From the NCBI GenBank assembly GCA_951406725.2, contig OX597831.1, forward strand, positions 56,296,001 through 56,360,000: DNA of 64,000 nt. Direction: 5' to 3'. This document shows, one piece after another, positions 31,419 to 43,567 of this stretch. The translations under genes and the position numbers were made by a program. The notes under the pieces were generated by a model. It saw nothing but the letters and a program-made list of their open reading frames with translations. It did not search any database and was not told where the DNA came from. How positions within the stretch are numbered: the first letter of the stretch is position 1; the number at the start of each line of letters is the position of its first letter. The stretch comes from Octopus vulgaris (lineage: Eukaryota).

Positions 31419-32508
31419 CTTAAAATTTCTAGAATACTAATAAACTAAATTCTAAAATATGTTTTTAACACTTATACTTTTTTTTTTAAGATTCTAGTTC
31501 TATCATAAAAGTTGATATATATTGTATTAAACTGAACCTAGGCTCCTCAAATGATATCAAACTTTTTGAAACACACCCTATTTACCTGAAAGGAAACATT
31601 TTATTCATAATCTGTTATATAAAGATCAGTGATCTCTAAAACTATAATCCAATAATATCTGTAGTAGCAACAACTAACAATTCAAAATATTAGTTACAAT
31701 GATTAATAATTAATAAAGCATAAAAATAAATCAAGTACTCTAAGCTCAAAAATGTCCTTAAAGATCTTATTTTATGTGTAATTATTATCTTTTATCTTTT
31801 GCTTGTTTCAGTTTGTGGCCATGCTAGAGCACCACCTTGAAAAAGTTTTAGTTGAATGAATTGACTACAATACTTTTTTTTTTTTTTAAGCCTGGTACTT
31901 ATTCTATTGGTTCTTTTCGCTGAACCACTATAATACAGCAATGTAAACACACCAATTGTTAAGCGGTAGTGGGGGACAAAGACACATACACACACACATA
32001 TATATATTTGATGGGCTTCTTTCAGTTTCCATCTACCAAATCCACTCATAAGACTGGTTCACTCAAGCGAGGCTGAACCTAGAACCATGTGGTTGGGAAG
32101 TAAGCTTCTTACCACACAGTCACACCTGTGCCTAAAAGTCAAGTTATCTTTGATAGGATTTGAATTCATTTTGCAGAGTACCAGAATGAATATCACATGG
32201 CATTCTATCTAATGCACTAATGACTCTGCCAACTTACTCAAATTTGTCATTATCAGCTCCAGTCATCAATTATCAGTTGCTTATATATTGTTAATTACAA
32301 TTCATGAATGAAGATGCCAAAATCTTGTAAACCTAAAGAGCCTTTTCCTTTAGTTACTGCACAATATTTTAGGTTTCAGATGTTATGATTACATTTAGCT
32401 TAATACAATTGATATCAACTTTTATGATAGAACAAGGATCCTAAAAAAATTATAAATGTTAAATTGATATTTCAGAATTTAGTTTATTAGTATTCTAGAA
32501 ATTTTAAG
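31419..32508. repeat. Inverted repeat, arms ~31419-31535 and ~32393-32508
   Basis: 35-nt perfect block 31419-31453/32474-32508 and 22-nt perfect block 31497-31518/32412-32433. Confidence 0.88.
31795..32133 (-). mobile_element. tRNA-derived SINE (abundant family)
   Basis: Reverse complement of the 20010/39546 family. Confidence 0.8.
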
Positions 32509-33482
32509 AACAAGTATTTTTTCCTTTCAAATTGATAAAATTTCTCTTGCAGAAAATCTTTAAATCCTGGCCTGTTGTATGCAATACCTCAATTTTTCCA
32601 CTTCTATTGTTATTGCATTGGCTGACAAATGTCAACTGTATCTCATCTCTATTCATACTAGAACAGGGTTGATATGGAGACTAAACAACAAATTTAACAA
32701 ACATTATCCTGAACACTGAAGATTTTGTACAACACACATAAAATTCATAATTTTAACATTTAGGTCAAACCAAAGTCATTATAAGATAATATTATTGATG
32801 CATTTCTTGCTTAGAAATAAATACCATCATCACCTAAAACAAGGATATCAGCCATCATTCCTTCCATTTCTATAAATAAATCATTGAACAACTTAATCTT
32901 TCAAATGGGCTGTTCTTATTTATTTATTAGCATAGTACCCATCAAAAATGACTGAGCTTATTATTTCTGATTCCTTTAAATAACTTTTTTTGCAAGTCTT
33001 GCTGCATTTTCTTCTGTTTTGTTTTGTCTTTCATCAATTGTTCTCATTCTCTTTACTTCAAATCTTCACATACAGCCTTTTCTTCTCTTCTATATACTAC
33101 TTTCTTCTTTCGTTCAAATTTTCCTCCATCTCTTCCTTCTATTCTCAACGCTTACACAGACACATTTTGATAGTATACACATATCCCTCCCCTCTCTCTG
33201 GTCTAAAAGAACAACACTAACCCCCAATACCATCATTTTATGCAAGCAAATGCTCTTCAGTGTCATTTTTGTCAAAAGATGTGTATATCTTCTGGAGACT
33301 TCTAAACATGCACAAAAAGTACAATGAAATAACAGTTTCAGAACTGAGACACATTTGCAATATTTGTGGAAAGTTTTTTTTAAGAGAGTTTCCGGGCTCA
33401 AAAGTCAAATCTTTTCTCGCTTAAGAAGTTAATGCTATATTTGTGCTTGAAGTGGTCAAGCTTTGTTTCAGAGCAGACTGCC

Positions 33483-33486
<4 letters not shown>

Positions 33487-33531
<45 letters not shown>
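33487..33531. repeat. (TA)n microsatellite
   Basis: Direct reading; similar tracts at 37376-37400, 37741-37772, 54964-54992, 58542-58573 and 58726-58744. Confidence 0.95.
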
Positions 33532-33537
<6 letters not shown>

Positions 33538-34398
33538 AATCCAAACGGGAAAACAAAAATACAACAACAGTGGAACAATTACAGTATTATTATTAATAGG
33601 CGCTCAGGAAATATGGAAGCAGGAAGGTATGACGTTTCGAGCGGAGCTCTTCGTCGGAAACATAAAGAAGGAAGAGAGAGGAAAGAAAGATCCCAAAGCG
33701 GGCAACAGGAGATGGAGAAAAAAACGACTGGTGTTTACGAAGTACACATGGTGAAAGGCGGAAGTTTACGATAACAAGAGCAAAGTAGGTTTTTAAAGCC
33801 AAAAGAGTGGAGACAGGGTTGGTAACGCAACAGATGTGTGAGTGTGTGCGTGTGCGTATGTGTGTGTGAGGCAAGATAAAAAAACAAAAAATATATGTGT
33901 GTTAGTGTGTGCGTCTGTGTGTAGGCGTGTGAGGTAGGGCGAGAGTAGTAGGCATAGCAGACAGTGGTCAGTAGTAAGAAAATGAAGGGAGGGAAGGGGT
34001 GGGGGCGTATGTAGCGTGCCAGTGTGTGTTGAGTAGTAGTGTGTGTGTGTGTCCAGTGTCGTGGTAGTATTAATGGCGAGTAGATTTGAATGTGTGTAAG
34101 AGTAATGTATATATTTAAGTAATGTGGGTGTGTGTATGTGTGCGCGTGTGTGTAACAAAAAAGGGGGGGGTTAAGGAAAAAGGACTCCAGCTGAGGGGAA
34201 GATGGAAGAGTGGTCCTGCGGAGACGGGCGTGGGAGAACCCAACGACAGGCGACGGTCCCAGGAATGAGCGGGAGGTCTCGTCAGGTCCAAGAGCGAGGT
34301 GCATGCAGCGCGTATGCGTGCGCGAACCGGCACAAGCGCGTGTGTGCGCGCGCCTGCGAGTATGCGCGTAAGTGTGGATGTGTGAGTGTGTCTGTGTG
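33532..34398 (-). mobile_element. Penelope-like/retrozyme-like non-autonomous element between (TA)n tracts
   Basis: GC/CpG-rich island with (TG)n runs and a minimal hammerhead-like motif at 33627-33661. Confidence 0.55.
33627..33661 (-). ncRNA. Degenerate minimal type I hammerhead ribozyme motif
   Basis: GTTT-CCGACGA-A-GAGC-TCC-GCTC-GAAAC-GTC-ATAC; U4 replaced by C. Confidence 0.45.
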
Positions 34399-34439
34399 TA
34401 TATATATATATACACATTCAACACTTCTAAAAACAAAAG

Positions 34440-34805
34440 AAGTTTGTTGATGCAGATTTTCTATGATTAGATGCCCTTCTTGTCACAGGTCCTTGCCTGT
34501 TTCCCAGTTAAGTAATATTTCTCCATGGCCAAACATGTTTTCATAGAAAATTGGAAATGAAGAACACTGCTTGCATAACAGTGACACTCATTTACAACTA
34601 TCACATGATGTCAAGACAAGGAAGCAGCAACACAGACACACACACACAACAAGCTTCTTTCAGTTTCCATTTACCAATCCATTTGCAAGGCTTTGGTAAG
34701 ACTAGGGCTATAGTAGAAGACACTTGCCCAATGTGCCATGCTGTGGGACAACCCGAAACCATATGGTTGGGGTGCAAAATTCTTAACTACACAGCCACGC
34801 ATGCA
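34440..34805 (-). mobile_element. SINE with RTE-type tail
   Basis: Reverse complement of the 1880/45820 type. Confidence 0.7.
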
Positions 34806-34854
34806 CTTGTTAATAAATCAATTACAAAACAATAATCTACATTATATATATATA

Positions 34855-35138
34855 TGGGTGCTTTTTATGTGCCACCGACACAGGAGCCAGACGAGGCTGG
34901 CAAACAGCCAAACACCATCCGAGCGTGGCCGTTCGCCAGCCTCGTCTGGCACCTGTGTCAGTGGCACATAAAAAGCACCCACTACACTCACGGAGTGGTT
35001 GGCGTTAGGAAGGGCATCCAGCTGTAGAAACACTGACTGGCCTGGTGCAGCCTTCTGGCTTCCCAGACCCCAGTTGAACCGTCCAACCCATGCTAGCATG
35101 GAAAGCGGACGTTAAACGATGATGATGATGATGATGAT
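34855..35138 (+). mobile_element. RTE 3'-end element with inverted 5' duplication
   Basis: 56-bp inverted arms 34855-34910/34926-34981, then the standard tail and (GAT)n; flanked by (TA)n. Confidence 0.85.
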
Positions 35139-36709
35139 ATATATATATATTAGTGCTATTTAACAAGTCAACATCATTATATCCTATTAAATTAAATTAA
35201 CTGACAACAATGTACTGATCAAATTCATGTATCACCAATCCAACTCAAACTTTTAATCTTAATCTTCATCAGCATATTGTTGTACATCAAATCCAAAAGT
35301 GGTTTTCTTATGTTACAAAACAAGTTAACACAAATTCATTGCTTTTTCCATTCATGTTGTCATTATGATGTAAAACTGGTATGGTTGATTTGGCTACAAC
35401 ATATATCACCACACTGTACAGTGAAAATTAATATTATAAAACCAACAACAAACAGTACTCTAAAAATATCACTGAAAAATGTTGTTGTTGTATAGTGTTG
35501 TTGCATACAGAAATATAAAGCTTTCCAAAGTAAGACCATTCCAACTAACTAGCAGAGATTTATTTGCTCACCAACACATTACAACTACAAATTCAGATAC
35601 AATGGTTCTCCTCTCAGCTTCCTCACTCAATTACCACTATGACTTCAGCTCTCTGACCTAGCTAGCAAAAGTAACCACTCTACCCAGACTTAGCAAACAC
35701 ACCAATCTGTCCTACTCTCATCCCACTTCCCAGATCCTTTACTAAACAGTTTTTTCCCTAATAATTCCTTTCAAAAACTGCATCACTCTGGAATTTATTC
35801 CCGGACTCTATTTTTCTTGCAGAAGTCAACTTACAGGCATCCAAACGGAACATCAACAGCATCAATTTCATCAATTGGATAGCTTATACAGTGTCCATAG
35901 TCATTCTTCAAGCTTTATATGAACTTATCATGTCCTACTTTTAGTGCAATACTTTTGTATTTCCATTTTGATACCACGTGCAACTAAGCTTTTGCTAAAT
36001 AAACTTATCCTTGTGCCTAACAATCTTTTTTAATTATAAATGTGTTGTAACTATGAAGAACTAGATTAGTGGTAATTCCACATATTTCTACAGCAACACT
36101 TCATGAATAACACTTACAGTGTGATGTAAACAAAGTATAGGAACAGTAAAAGTGATATCAGATGTGTGCACTCATCCATATAGCTAACCAGTTATTGTAT
36201 CGTTAATATCCCATTTCAGCTTTAGATAAGTAAGTTGAATATTGGCACAATGACAAGTAGAGCAGTGGAACAGGCTGATATCTGGAAACATAAATACATG
36301 GCTGTATAGTGAATACAAGATATTTGATACATGTGTATATCCTCTGAGAATGGCAGGAAAAAACACTTTGGGGGAAGAAGTATTGTAGTATACATTAGCA
36401 AGTTATTGTAGTACAGATGAGAATAACAACAACTAAGTATGAAAATATGCCTACCTTATACCACAAATACTTGTTGTATCTGCATAAACACCCACACCTA
36501 TGTTACATTTCATCATACCTACAACTGATTAACAGGGTATGGTAACTAAATCTTACACTGAAGAAAAATATAGGAGCAGGCACGACTGTGTGGTTTAGAA
36601 TAGATGCAAGAATGGCTCTGTGGCTGAGTTTTCTTTACAGCCACACAGTTTCAAGCCAACCAGTGACTTAAAAGTAAGTTTGGTAAATAGAAACTAAGCT
36701 CAGTATATA

Positions 36710-36890
36710 TCATCATCATCCTTTAACGCCCATTGTCCATGCTGGCATGGGTTGAACAGTTTGATGAGAGCTGGCAAGCTGAAGTGCTACACTAGGTTCC
36801 AGTCTGATTTGGCTTGGTTTCTACAGCTGGATGCCCTTCCTAATGTTAATCACTTTACAGTTAGTACTAAGTGCTTTTAACATGGCACCA
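36710..36890 (-). mobile_element. RTE 3'-end element
   Basis: (ATC)n followed by CCATGCTGGCATGGGTTG..GGATGCCCTTCCTAA. Confidence 0.75.
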
Positions 36891-37197
36891 ACATATATAT
36901 ATGTTATGAACTATAACATTCTGTCATTAATTCCTTTTTATAATAGTAAAATAGTAGATAAAAATATAGATATCATATTTTGTATTGTATTGAGTATAAA
37001 TATACAGCGTAGTGTCGAATGACAATGATGGATGCTGTTTTTACCTAATATAAAATAATGCATCTTAAATGTTCGGCAGCCATGATTAACAGATTAGATG
37101 GCAAGCAAAACAAAGTGTGAATAAAAGCCTTCTTTTGAATTGATTTACATTTACAACAATATATATGTATGTATGTAAGTATGTATATATACAACAA

Positions 37198-37377
37198 GGC
37201 ACGTAAAAAGCACCCACTACACTCACGGAGTGGTTGGCGTTAGGAAGGGCATCCAGCTGTAGAAACATTGCCAGATAAGACTGGAGCCTGGTGCAGCCTT
37301 CTGGCTTCCCAGATCCCCGGTCGAACCGTCCAACCCATGCTAGCATGGAGAACGGACGTTAAACGATGATGATGATA
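37198..37377 (+). mobile_element. RTE 3'-end element
   Basis: Near-identical to the reverse complement of 2385-2560; (GAT)n tail runs into (TA)n. Confidence 0.85.
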
Positions 37378-37402
37378 TATATATATATATATATATATAT
37401 GA

Positions 37403-37685
37403 AGGCACATGGCCTAGTGGTTAGGATGTTGCACTCACGATTGCTAGATCCTAGGTTCAATTCCCAGACCAAGTGGCATATTGCATTCTTGAGCAAAACA
37501 CTTCATTTCACATTGCTCCAATCCACTCAGTTGTAAATGGATAACTCTACAACAGACTAGCTGCCAAATGTTGGCCTGCTTGCCTAGCCGATGAGGTGGC
37601 ATCATTTGAAAGCTAAAATGATGCAAAGCGCATTGTGACCAGGGATGTATAACAACATTTAACAGCTAAATGAAGATGATGATGA
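37403..37685 (+). mobile_element. tRNA-derived SINE (23750 family head)
   Basis: TGGCCTAGTGGTTAG, GGTTCAATTCC, TTCTTGAGCAAAACACTT. Confidence 0.7.
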
Positions 37686-37738
37686 TAGTGCACTGTTCTG
37701 TTATAAGTAGGATCAACAAAAAAGTACTCAATTCAGCA

Positions 37739-37785
<47 letters not shown>

Positions 37786-38794
37786 TGATGTATATAATTT
37801 TGTGAATTAAAATCTGGATGAATAATTTTAACAGTAGTGAACAGATGATCAGAACCTTATTTCTTGCCGAAATGAATTTTACTATCTTAGACATTTTTAC
37901 AGTGAATTCATTGCTTCTTTTTCATATTAAATATAAATATTTAGTAAATTTCAAATTTCCAGTTTGATTCCTTTTCTTTCTATGTTTTTCTTTTAACTGA
38001 TATAATCAACAATCTGGTTTATTGAACAAAATTTGGATTCACACACACATACACCACTAATGTCCCACATGAATTATCCAGCTTCAGAATTATGTTTGAA
38101 ATAATAGACAAGTAGAATTAGCATGAATGCCATTCATGTCTTCTAGAATAAACTCTGTATGCATGCTCCACTACCACTGCCACTGCTGCCACCACCACCA
38201 TCATCACAATTATTATTTTACATCTGTTTTCTAATGCTGGTATGGATAGGGTGGTTTGACAGGATCCAGCAAGCTGCAGGGTTACATCAGGCTCCAATGT
38301 CAGCTTTGGCATGGTTTCTATAGCTTGATGCCCGTCCTAAAACCACCAATCTTACATGTGTGTGTGTGTATAACTGCTGATTCAGTAAGAAGCAATGACT
38401 CACAGAACTCAATACATATGTATAGGTTATCCTTTAAAATAACTAAATGACTCCTAATCCTAATACTCCAAGTTATGTTTCCAATCATTTGGCCAGTAAT
38501 CCAAGCCTTCTTTTCTTTGAAATAGTTGTTGTTTGAATATATTTTACAATATAAAAAGAAAGATATGAAAAAAAATGGTTATATTTGTTCTTTTTAAAAT
38601 ATTTGCAAACAACACATGCAAAAATGGCTGTCTTAAGCTCATGTTTTTCATTTTATTTCTGGCTCTTGCAAGAATACTCCAAACATGTTAAACTTTGTAC
38701 AAGCCAGGTAACTCTTATAACTTCCCTCATGAAATTGCATAGCATTAGAAATATTTTTATGAATATTTTAAAACAATGTGCCTGCATGCATATA

Positions 38795-39530
38795 TGAAAA
38801 ATACAAACTGAGACAAGAACGCAAAACATCCGGGCAGCTAGGTGATACAAAAAGGGACAACAAAACATCTAGATAGACAATACAAAGAAAACAAGGATGG
38901 GTCATTCGAAGTTTTCTTTCTTCAGTCAAGCACCAGATTATCCTCGCAATTTCGGCTGATTATTCTCGAGATTGCTCCAATCTGGCCAGCCCCAAGGAAA
39001 AACTAAGCTAAGAGCATTAGATTGCTTGGAAGAAAGCAGCGAATGTATATAAAATCAAGGACAGAAAAAATGGACAATGTTACACAAATACAAATACAAT
39101 AAAAATAATAACAGGACATAACAACAGATGTCTTCCGACTAAGGACGAATTGAATTAAGCTGGCGCATGAGGAAATGAAGCCTTATGGCAGAGATACAAA
39201 CATTTCACAAACATAGGTAAGAATATCAATGTTGCACGGACAACAGTCAGATGAAGAAAGAAAGAGCAGGCTTGGCTGATCAGTTACATGGGGAGAGAAG
39301 TAGAAGCAGAGGGACAGAAGAATTAAGGAGGGGGCAAGAAAAAATGACAGGGACACAGTGAAGTGAAAAGTGGAGGGAAAGTGAGTAAGAAGAGAAGGCA
39401 AAGAAATGTGAGAGAAGGGGAATGAAGAGTGGAATGAACGAATAAGCGTGGAAGGGCTGGTAGAAATAGAGTCGTACAAGATTTTGAAAAATGTGTACTA
39501 ACATATATAAGAACAAAGTGTACATACGCC
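38795..39530. mobile_element. Unclassified interspersed repeat whose terminus is repeated at 39937-40022
   Basis: ~85-nt direct repeat AAAATACAAA..GAACGCAAAACATCCGG.CAGCTAGGT.ATACAAAAAGGGACAACAAAACATC.AGA.AGAC at 38798 and 39937. Confidence 0.55.
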
Positions 39531-39545
39531 ACTATATATATATAT

Positions 39546-39928
39546 AGGCGTAGGAGTGGCTGTGTGGTAAGTAGCTTGCTTACCAACCACAAGGTTCCAG
39601 GTTCAGTCCCACTGCATGGCACCTTGGGCAAGTGTCTTCTACTATAGCTTCGGGTCAACCAAAGCCTTGTGAGTGGATTTGGCAGACGGAAACTGAAAGA
39701 AGCCCGTCGTATATGTGTGTGTGTGTGTGTCTGTGTTTGTCCCCCAACATCGCTTGACAACCGATGCTGGTGTGTTTACATCCCCGTAACTTAGCGGTTC
39801 GGCAAAAGAGACCAATAGAATAAGTACTAGGCTTACAAAGAATAAGTCCTGGGGTCGATTTGCTCGATCAACTAAAGGCGGTGCTCCAGCATGGCCTCAG
39901 TCAAATGACTGAAACAAGTAGAAGAGTA
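39546..39928 (+). mobile_element. Full-length tRNA-derived SINE in (TA)n
   Basis: AGGCGTAGGAGTGGCTGTGTGGTAAG..GGTTCAGTCCC..(TG)n..GACTGAAACAAGTA. Confidence 0.9.
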
Positions 39929-40074
39929 TATATATAAAATACAAAATGGAACAAGAACGCAAAACATCCGGACAGCTAGGTAATACAAAAAGGGACAACA
40001 AAACATCCAGACAGACGATAGAAATATATATATAAATATATATATACATACATACACACAGACATTCTTTTATG

Positions 40075-40462
40075 TGTTTCACTCATTAGACTGCAGCCAT
40101 GCTAGGGCACTGCCTTAAAGGACTTTAGTTGAATGAATTAACCCCAGTACATTCTTTTAAACCTGGTACTTATTCTAGTGGTCGTTTTTGGTGAACCACT
40201 AAGTTATGGGGATGTAAACACACCAACAACAGTTGTCGAGCAGTGGTGGGGGACAAACACAGACACATACATAAATATATATATATATACATATTACATA
40301 CGCATCAGGTTGCTTTCAGTTTCCATCCACCAAATCCACTCACAAAGCTATGGTCAGCCTGAGGTTATAGAAGACATTTGCTCAAGGTGCCATACAGTGG
40401 GACTGAACCCAGAACCATGTAGTTGGGAAGCAAGCTCTTTTACCACACAGTCACTCCTATGC
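40075..40462 (-). mobile_element. tRNA-derived SINE, inverted relative to the 39546 copy
   Basis: Reverse-complement similarity over most of its length. Confidence 0.85.
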
Positions 40463-41151
40463 ATACATACACACACACACATTTCAAAACCATTTTTTTC
40501 TCTCTACAAATTGGGATGAAAGTCAAGGAAGCTGATATTTACATAAAAGATATTTAGTCCTGTGCATACAAGGTGTTAGTAATGCCATTTTTTTTGTTCA
40601 AACCATTATTGCTTTCAACCAAAATTCTTGTGTGAGTGTCAAGTCACTATTAGTGCTACTAGTAACATGAAATCCAGTACAACTTGTCATATGGTCAGGC
40701 CATCAGTGACTAAACAAGCAACCCTGCCAATGATGAACAGATCTTCTCGAACATTGTATATCACCAGTCATCTTGATCTTTTGTCATCTCTGTGAGGCTC
40801 AAAAATCTGATTCAGCCCTTACTTTTCATTGTCATATTTTGCTGGGTTTCCCTCTGCCACTAGCTTCATCCACATTAAGAGATCAACACTTCCTTATACA
40901 GCTGTCCTTATCCATGTGCATATTCACATTAGTGTAATTTTCTCTTGCACACTCCATGATTCCTTCCTCAATATATCTGTACTTCATCTTCCATACACAG
41001 TTTAACATACAGCAGTGTATGCTAGCTTAAATTTTAAAAATTCTTTACCTGACCTCTGCATTCAGAGCCCATGTCTTTCTACTTTGTAGCATTGCAATCA
41101 ATACATAAACATCATACAATCTGCCTTTCTTTTGTTACCAACAGACATTAA

Positions 41152-41350
41152 CCCTTTAGCATTTAAACTGGTCATATCTAGCCAAAATATTGTTTTATGT
41201 TGACACTGGCCAGATCCATCTTCTCACACCTGCCCTACAATGTCATTCTAGAAATTAACAATCACATCATCAAAATCTCAAAGCATGATTAATTCAAAAT
41301 AGTGACTAAATAAGCATTTCATTTGACAAAATAATCTGAATGCTAAAGGG
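41152..41350. mobile_element. piggyBac-like MITE
   Basis: TTAA|CCCTTTAGCATT ... AATGCTAAAGGG|TTAA; second copy at 46543-46746. Confidence 0.88.
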
Positions 41351-42395
41351 TTAAATTTCTTTGAACTTTCTGTATCTTTTTCTTACCCTAGCTATGATAC
41401 TTTTAATATCCTCCTCCACTGCTGATTTAGTTAAATTGGTACCAAAAGCTATCTACCACCCCTAGGGATCTTCCTGAGCATTTGAAGAAAAAAACCATTT
41501 TCCATCTCCTTCTCAATGGTTATTGCTCCTGCACATTGGCCAAAAACAAAGTCTACTTGCGCTGTTAACCTGCCTATGATAGCACTATCCTGCTTATGTA
41601 TCCATTGTTTGTACTAGGTACACTGTATGGAATTTCTCTCTGATGGAAGTAGAGCATTGTCTGTTTCTCTACTTATTGAAACTATGGTCTTTGCTAAGTT
41701 AACTTTGATTCCAGGTCTTGCTTCCACACCTAGAATTTCTTTTCTAATTCTACTCAAGATTCAGTTTTAAAAACAAGGTCATCAGCATATAGCAGTTACA
41801 ATGGGCTCTGGTCTGAAAATTTCTGTTAGGGCCAGGAGGACTGTGATGAATTGGGGAATTTAGAATGCAGGTAGGATTTTACCAGGGTGATTCCCCATTT
41901 GTAAACTAAATTCATTGATAAACTCTGGGCAAACTCTCACCTCACAGATAGCACTTTTTATATGGCTTTCACAAGCCATTTTATCTGTTTCTAACTTCCT
42001 CAATGACCACCAGAACATAGAGCAAAGAACCCTGTCAAAGGTTTGCTCCATGTCAACAAATGCTAAGTACTGTGATTTACTTTTAGCTAAGTACTTCTGC
42101 TGCAGTAACCTCAACAGGAAGGGGGCATCAGTAGTACTTCCCTCTGGCACAATACCAAACTACATCTCATCTAAGCATGAAACAGAATTGTATCTCATTT
42201 ACAATAATTCTCTTCCTAACTAATTAAGCTATAAAGCTTTCTGTAATTTTCATGACCTTGTCCAGTAATTTTATACCACTATAATTACTCTCCACCCCCA
42301 AACCCTCTCTCTCTTTCTCTAAGGCATGTCTTTACCTTTGCACCAATTGACTATGGTCATGCTTCTCCAATCATTGAATATGATACCATCCTGTA

Positions 42396-43567
42396 TAGGG
42401 GTGGGCTAAAAAGTCCATAGGCTGACTATGAAGGAGTGATGCTAGAGCTGTGAAATCTTGCATGCATTCATTTCAACTCGTCTTGATAACTGCATGGTTT
42501 CTTTCCAGGTAAACTGACATCTGACTCTTCAAAGAAGACTTCAAATGTCACTAGTAGTGACTCCTCTTGAAAAGGGACAAAATTTGACATCATGATATTA
42601 TCAAGTACCAGCAGAAAAAAGGTTTAGCCTCCAAGGACATTCATACTGACATGGTTGCTACATTAGGGGATGATGTTCCAGCTTTATCAACAGTGCAAAA
42701 GTGTGCAGATGAAAATTTGGAGGGGAACAGAATCTTGAAGATGACCTAGGTTCTGAATGTCCAACAACTGCCACCACTGAGGAAAACACTGATTGTATTC
42801 ATCACAAGGTGGTGGATGATAGGTAATTGACTGTAATTCAAACAGTCAATGTTATTAGCGTATCTCATGAGAGTTGAGAATATTCTGCACAATGAACTTG
42901 GCATGATGAAGGTTTACCTTCTGACACCTGGTTAAATAATGCCCCAGGCTGGTAACATCATGGCAAAATCTGACATTGTTTAAAGCAAATCCAACTGGTT
43001 TCCTTGAACATTTCCTAACTCAGGATGAGTGCTGATTTCATCGCTTTGAGTCAAAGAAAAAGGGCCAACTGATGTAGTAGAAACATCCCTCCTCATCTGC
43101 TGCAAAGAAGGCCAATCTGCAGGGAGGGTGATGGCCTCAGTTTTTTGAATACAAAAGGTATTGTGTTAACTGACTATTCTCAAAGGGCCACACCATCAAT
43201 GGAGAGTATTATGCCAATTTGCTGAGATAGTTATGAAAGGCTATCAAGACCAAACACCTAGGAAAACTGACAAAAGGGATTTCATTTCATCAAGACAATG
43301 CTCCAGCACACAAATCCTACATTTCAATGACCCCATCTGGCAATCATCTGTTCTCCAACATGAAAAATCACTTGATTGAGAACCAGTATCACAGTGATGA
43401 GGACATCACATCTGCTGATAACTCTTCTGACCAACAGAATGAATGCTTCTTTACAATGGAATCCAAGCACTACAAAACCAATGGAAGAAATGTGTCGACT
43501 GCAAAGGGAACTATGTTATTCCATGAGAATATCTTGGTCAGCATAAGAACTTTTCAGTCAGCCCTTG
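42396..43567 (+). mobile_element. Near full-length dead mariner (irritans-like)
   Basis: TA TSD, ~30-bp imperfect TIRs; decayed transposase (TQDE, SAGRVMASVF, KGHTINGEYYANLL, FHQDNAPAH). Confidence 0.9.

Noticed and set aside
33735-34436. 233-aa and overlapping ORFs rich in H/T/R
   Set aside because: Translations of (CA)n/(TG)n microsatellite-rich repeat sequence; no protein motif
42560-43520. Domesticated transposase gene (SETMAR- or POGK-like; also 60330-61360)
   Set aside because: Multiple stops and frameshifts; the mariner retains TIRs and TSD, so these are dead transposon copies
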